DNA from: Chlorokybus atmophyticus
Taxonomy: Eukaryota; Plantae; Mesostigma and Chlorokybus algae
DNA: 64,000 nt
Reading direction: 5' to 3'
NCBI GenBank assembly: GCA_009103225.1
Contig: RHPI01001132.1
Span: 424,002 to 488,001 of the forward strand
Translations under genes and position numbers: made by a program
The notes under the pieces: model-generated
What the model saw: the letters and a program-made list of their open reading frames with translations, nothing else
What the model was told of the DNA's origin: nothing
The model's database searches: none
Shown here: positions 58,201 through 64,000 of the stretch, one piece after another
Numbering within the stretch: position 1 is the stretch's first letter
Layout: each line of letters starts with the position of its first letter

Positions 58201-58450
58201 CACCTTCTTAACTTAAAAAGTTTGAAACCTTTTCAACACCTTGATGTGTTGAAGGTGCTTATTTGCAATGTTGCAAAAGATGAGGATGTCATCGCTGTAG
58301 CCACGCTTGAAGTTGCACCACTTCAGTGCCTTGTCCATGACGCGCTGGAACTTGGCAGGCGCGTTCCTGTCCTCCACATTCACTTGTGTGCACGTTGTGT
58401 ACTGCATGACATTATGGGACAATGAGACCACTTGCTTCTTCCACCATCTG
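55300..58450 (-). mobile_element. Degenerate Ty3/Gypsy remnant with C-terminal PHD finger (inverted paralog of 20829-23400)
   Basis: NAPAKFQRVMDKAL...YSDDILIF, YACRSNNIAEANYSSYERECHAVVWA, LFPLARGNRYILVMIE, AEIITNQRT..GEF and CEKCGSAIDDAKMMVCDGCDKG. Confidence 0.85.
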
Positions 58451-58746
58451 TGGAAGCGACCACACTAGGCATAGAGCAAAGATTGGTGCTTACAACAGAC
58501 TCTCAAGCTGTTATACATTGTACCACATCATACATAGAGCCAGTGAGACTGTTGAATGAAAATAAGACGAATGCGATTGCAAGCTAGCCTTGGTAATTGA
58601 GCTAGCAGCGAAATGATGGATCCGCAAGCCATGCCTTCCTGTTTTATCCTCTGTTATGCTAGCAGCTTGCTAAGCAGGTAAACTTGCAGCTAGTAACACA
58701 AGTAAACTGTGTATGTACTGGTGCATCTGCGTCCGCATCATCATTA

Positions 58747-61700
58747 TCAGCGGGCACGTATGTCTTCGATGGCCCCTTGTGCAACAGTCAAGAGTGCGAT
58801 CACAATGCTGACCATCAACCCAACAGTGAAGAACACATCAATGATGATCTCCAGCCTTTTGGTCGGGTGAAGAAAAACCAGCATGCCCATGAAGATAAGG
58901 TAGCGGGCAGCATTGTAGGCAAAATCGCTTGATTGTTCATCCCTCTGCTGTGCATGCGGTTGAACTTGCCATTGCAAGACTGCAAACATGGACACAATCC
59001 CGAAGGCAGTGGCGTTCTGAGCCTGTCCACCAAGCACGAGCACGCAGTTGATGATGAGGGTAAGCTTCTCCAAGTGCATTGCACCTTCCCATAGGAAGGC
59101 ACTTGGTGCGTACATTGTGTAGTAAAAGCCCCAGCAGCGCATAACTTCGGGCCCGTCATGCCGTTTACGGTTGGTATACAGCACCCAGAACACGCATGCG
59201 GGAAGCAGTATCACAAAGATCAGCAACCCGGGAACGCCCAGTCCCAACACGTATGCCAGGTGCTTGTCCTGGAAACACCTCACGCTCATGTCGCTCTTCC
59301 AGTAAAACCCCAGCACCTGTGGCACAATGTCGCATCATATTTGCGCCATTCACTCAAATGCAAGAAGTACAAGATGCAGAAGAGCACAGCTGCGTGCGTG
59401 CACCTGATCTGGATTGTAGAAAGGATCATTGACGGACAGAGCGCGAGAGTCTACACGCTGGCAGCTGAAGAGTGCAAGGAAGTTTGCCACTGTGATAGGC
59501 CAAAGGAAAAACTCCACGCTGATTATGCTCGGGAGAATGCGCTGTGAGATGGCCCTGCGGTATGGCCATGCAGATCTTGCAACCCCCTTGCGCTGTTGAG
59601 AACGAAACCACAAAATGCTCCAGAACAGTACGAGAGGCACGATTGTCACAAATGGCAGTACAGCATAAAGTACTGTGGTTGTAAACGCTTTGTCACTGCT
59701 AGACCCAGACAAGTAGCAGTCCAGTGGCAGCAGCTGGCTTTGAGCAAGTAGGATTGTCACCAGTGTCTCCGTCATGTAGTCTATTGGCGCAGGCCATTCA
59801 TGCTGGATGGTGAAGGCCAGGGCCACCACTTGAAGGAAGTGGATAGCCATTTTGAGCCGTGAGGGGCCGATGCGCACCGGCCCCATGCTGGCAACTGGCA
59901 CGACTGTCAGCGCAATGAGAGCAGAGACCAGCGCCACCTCCACTGCCAACCAGACCACCATGTACACGGCTTTGAGTGCAGCAGATGGGCATTTGCGGCA
60001 CTGCGTCTTGCCAACGAACCGCGTCAGGCCATAGCCTTCAGCGCAGACAGCACACACATTGCCAGCGTATCCCTCAGCGCACTGCAGCGCATGATAGCGT
60101 GTAGTATCAAGTGCTTCACCAGCTAAGGCTGAGGTGTTGAGGAGAGCGGTGCGGGCGCTGTAAGCACAAGCCTTTGAGTTTGGACACTCCACCATCTCAC
60201 GGGAGTAGAAACTTGAGCGCCAAAAACCTTCTTGCGGCACCACCACAGCACCGCCATAGCAGAAGGCGTTCGGCGGGCATAGCGTGCACGGCACGGACGA
60301 ATTCCAGCTGAAGGTTGGAGGGCTGCAGAGAGTACAGCTGCTGTCTGTCACAACAACATGTTGCAGTTAACAACTGAGGCGCTGATTACGTTAGCAGACC
60401 ACTACACTAGTGCAGATCAGTATACATGCATACAGCCCTAGCCCTGGCCTACTATGGTAGTGAGTCTGGCAGTACCGTTTTCAGCCGCAACTTCGCCTGG
60501 AACGCACTCGCGTATCACGACCACAAGGGGAACGCTAGCAACGACTTGCGCCCCGGTTGTTGACAATTGCAAACGGTTGGAACCTGGAGTGCCATTGACA
60601 TTGAGATTGGAGAAAGTTGCCACTCCAGCAAGTGTTGCGGTCGAGACCTCGCCAGAAAGGTTGCAGCTTCCGTCAATCACCTGCAAGGTCATGACCATGA
60701 AGAATCAACGTTTGACCACCGCTAATGCCATTGGTGCTGATGATAGGAATGCAGAGAGTTCCAATGCAGGCTGCGTTGTCTGCAATTACCTTTGTGGTGA
60801 TAACTGTGCCGTCGTAGGACGTCAACGTCACAATCTGATTGAACATGTCAACAAGGTAGACGCTGGCATTGAGCAGGGGCTGCTGGCTGGCTTGATCCGT
60901 AAAGGCTGGTTGGGAGGTGCGCAACGCAACGGGCGGTGAAGCGAGCACATCACCATAGCGGTCTGCGCGATTGCCAAGCCAGCCTGGGCAGCCCTCAGCA
61001 GAGTGGTTCAGTTGCCGCCCGTCCTGTGTCAATACGCGCTACACTCAAGCATAGACACCAACGCACTTGAACATAGGCAGCAGAGCCTACAGCTGCACTC
61101 CTTGCGTAGTCAATCAGTGCAAAGCTGCAACCCTCTTACTGGGGAACAGAAGATGTCGGGAAGGTGGTTGCAGTAGATAGCGCCACCCTTGACATGAGCA
61201 TGGTTGCCAGAGACAGAAGGAAGGGAGTCCAATCTTGGGCAGGTCGTAGAGTTGAAGCAGAGAATAAACAATGCACCTCCATCGCTGGCGCTGTTATTTG
61301 CGAGGGTCAGGTTCCGCATGGAGACATTGGCTGACTGATCGCACAGCGACGTGTCGATAGCCACCGCACCGCCCTGCTCGGCTGTATTGCCGAGGAAGAT
61401 CGAATCCTGCAAGAGCAGTCAATCAACTACTGCAGAGCGCGCGCACAAGGCAATACAAAGTACATCAAAGAGGCATGTGTAATGCAACCATGCCTTGGTG
61501 ATACATGAGCGCAAACCACTTCTCAAAGTCTGTAGGGTAATGATGCAGCGACGCATGTGCCAGACACCTTGCTGCTGTCATGCAAATGCCGGTCCACAAC
61601 AGGTACGCCAAGACGCATCTGGCACACGCACCTGTATCAACGCAGATGTAGGCCAGGTAAAACAGCTTGTGCTGAGTGAAGCGTCGCCACCGCTGTGATA

Positions 61701-63723
61701 AAGCGCGCCTCCAATCTGAGGCCAATGTCGTCGTAAGCCTCAGATGACATTGCGCATGGGTCAAGACTAACATACCGCACAACTGTTGTTAGTAAACGTA
61801 GAATTGGTGACAACAACATCGCCAAAGTCATTGCTGATAGCCCCTCCCGTTCGGAAGCTTCCGGCCTGGAAGGCAATGAACTGTCAGTGAGTGCATGCAA
61901 GAGCCTTACGAGTATGGTGAATGCTTGACATGGCACAACCCTGGTTGACAGTTGCCCGCTGTTAATTGTGTCTCATGTGTGGCGTGCGTGCAAGCTGTGT
62001 GTATCATGTGAGCAGTACCGTGCAAGCATTGTCGAGGAGCGTGCATCCTGTAACAGTGAGCAAATTATCTATGGCATAGTTGTATCGCACGCGTATGTCG
62101 TTCCCCCCCCTCTTTATCTGCAAATGCAAAGGGCTGTGAACAACAGGGAAATGATGCTTTTAGCAAGTGCGCTCGTATAGTGTGGCGTGGCTGCAACTCA
62201 CATGCAGGCCATCATTGCAGATCGCGCCACCAATCTGGTAAGGAGGCACGTTCATATAGTATCACCAGCAGGTCTTCCCAGCAAACACTGGACAGTACAC
62301 GTGCGCAAAATGCCGCATGTGATCCTTGTACCTGAGCCACATTTGCAACAAACGAGGAGTCTTTTAGCTTCAGCCTGTGTTCGCTCACTATCGCTCCGCC
62401 ACGAGCCTGGGAGGCAATTGTGCTGGCATTTGGCATTCCTTTTGCAGCGATGTAATATGCTACGAAGTGCATCAAACAGCACGCATACTTGCGCGGTGTT
62501 TCCATTAAAGGTGCATGATGCAATGGTCGTGGCGCTCTCCACAGTCAGATTGTCAGCACGAACATGGACTGCGCCAGAATCCCTCTGCATAACAAGTGTT
62601 GCACGAGGCTGATTGTCAAGCAGTAGGATGATGATATTGACTAATCTGGTATGAGACGAGCAGATTAAGGCAACAGGATGAACATCAACTGACCAAGCTC
62701 AAGAGCAGTAACAGATGATGCTTACAGCAGCAAAGTTGCTGGTGAAGTTGCAGCGAGAGGCAACTAGCGGGCAATCCTTTAGGTAGATTGCACCTCCACT
62801 GTCTAGGGCTGTGTTGTTTATGAATAGCGTGTTGTCAACATGCAGAGACTGTGCGGCGTCACAGAGGATAGCCCCTCCTTGCTGCAAGCACAAACGTCTT
62901 TTCAGCGCAACGAATTTCAACATGACTCTGCAGCATGATGCCCAATGATGTCTTCTCAAGGTGAATCCAAAGCACGCTCAATTGAAATTGCATTGTGCAT
63001 GGTGACCATAGTTGGCATGGCATAACGTAGAATGTGGCACTTTACATATACACGCTTACTGCAGCGGTATTATTTCCGAAGACGCAATTGGATATCTTCA
63101 CGATTGCATGCGCACCAGAGGCCCGTACAGCTCTTACCTGAAGAGAACATGCACAGGACACACTCAACCTCAGAACTGAAGAGGACAGGAGGAGGTAGCT
63201 GCCAAGCAAAGTGGAGTGCTGCGCAGCGTGAATGAACACATGAAGTGCTGAGCTGGACTCACTCTGCTGTTCACGACCATGCTGTTGTTCATTTCAAGAA
63301 CGCCGTAAACTGCAAGCAACCAATCGTCAGCCTGCGCCCCCCCACCGTCCAGTGCTTGTCCATCAATGTAAGTTTGGTCCACAAAGAGCCTGCTCTTCTC
63401 CGCGATAGACGCAATCAAGTCACCCTGCATAACAGACCACACAACAGAGGAGGCACAGGCTCAATCACCTCCAAGTGGATGATACAACAGCAACTACAGG
63501 AAGAATACATACGCAATCATATGCTTATAAGAAAGCAAGAAGTTGCTCTTACGTTTGCATTGAATCTGCAGCCCGACACCACAATGCGAGTGCCATTGCT
63601 CAGCGCAGAAGCGACATTTATTGCAAACCTTCCCAATGACCCTCCAGTGAAGTTGGACAATTGTATCGTTAGGTCAGCGGCCTCCAAGGCGTCTATAGCT
63701 TCTCCTGTATAAAAATCGGCATT
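58747..63723 (-). CDS. Pmp-like beta-helix / Cys-rich / multi-TM gene A, 5'-truncated by the telomere
   Basis: Open exons with GGAI/GGAV repeats, CTLCPPNAFCYGG..GFWR, CAEGYAGNVCAVCAEGYG, KMAIHFLQV and WGFYYTMY.PSAFLWE; stop at 58747. The first surviving acceptor is at 63724; no signal-peptide exon or promoter remains. Confidence 0.8.
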
Positions 63724-63918
63724 CTGCGGCAATGGCCAACACACGCATGTACTGAGTGTTGAGAGAGAGCCACTTCACACAAGGAAAGAACATGGAAGCA
63801 CTGCACACCGAATACAATGCATAAGGTGCACTTGCTGCACTAACAGACAGTAGTGCACTCCTGTCTTTTGGTCATCAGCGGTCCACTATATACATACTCT
63901 ATGCACGTGCATAATATG

Positions 63919-64000
63919 GGGTTAGGGTTAGGGTTAGGGTTAGGGTTAGGGTTAGGGTTAGGGTTAGGGTTAGGGTTAGGGTTAGGGTTAGGGTTAGGGT
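63919..64000 (+). repeat. Telomeric repeat (TTAGGG)n, G-rich strand running to the window end
   Basis: About 13.5 perfect GGGTTA units to position 64000, in the orientation expected at a right chromosome end. Confidence 0.95.

Overview
This is a eukaryotic, intron-rich sequence that ends in (TTAGGG)n, so it is most likely the last 64 kb of a chromosome arm. Gene content and a DNMT-carrying Ty3/Gypsy element suggest a green or streptophyte alga (inference). Left part: a small LEA-like gene, an apparently intact secreted glucose/sorbosone dehydrogenase-PKD-malectin gene with a bacterial-type architecture but many introns, and an intron-retaining P5A-ATPase pseudogene. The rest is organised by a large, old inverted duplication (about 18.5-28.65 kb versus 49.66-63.92 kb) of a tail-to-tail pair of Pmp-like beta-helix / Cys-rich / multi-TM receptor-like genes. 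One copy looks intact (43171-52138), two are pseudogenes, and one is cut inside an intron by directly added telomere repeats. Mobile elements: (1) a pogo/Fot1-type DNA transposon (TIRs, TA target duplication) with a nested Ty3/Gypsy element encoding a DNMT3-like cytosine methyltransferase domain between protease and RT; (2) two TRIMs whose LTR/PBS junction forms a tRNA-like A-box/B-box promoter; (3) a CRE-like non-LTR fragment flanked by poly-G/C tracts; (4) PHD-finger Gypsy remnants; (5) a chromovirus fragment. Exon coordinates and alignments were read by eye, and no searches were run.
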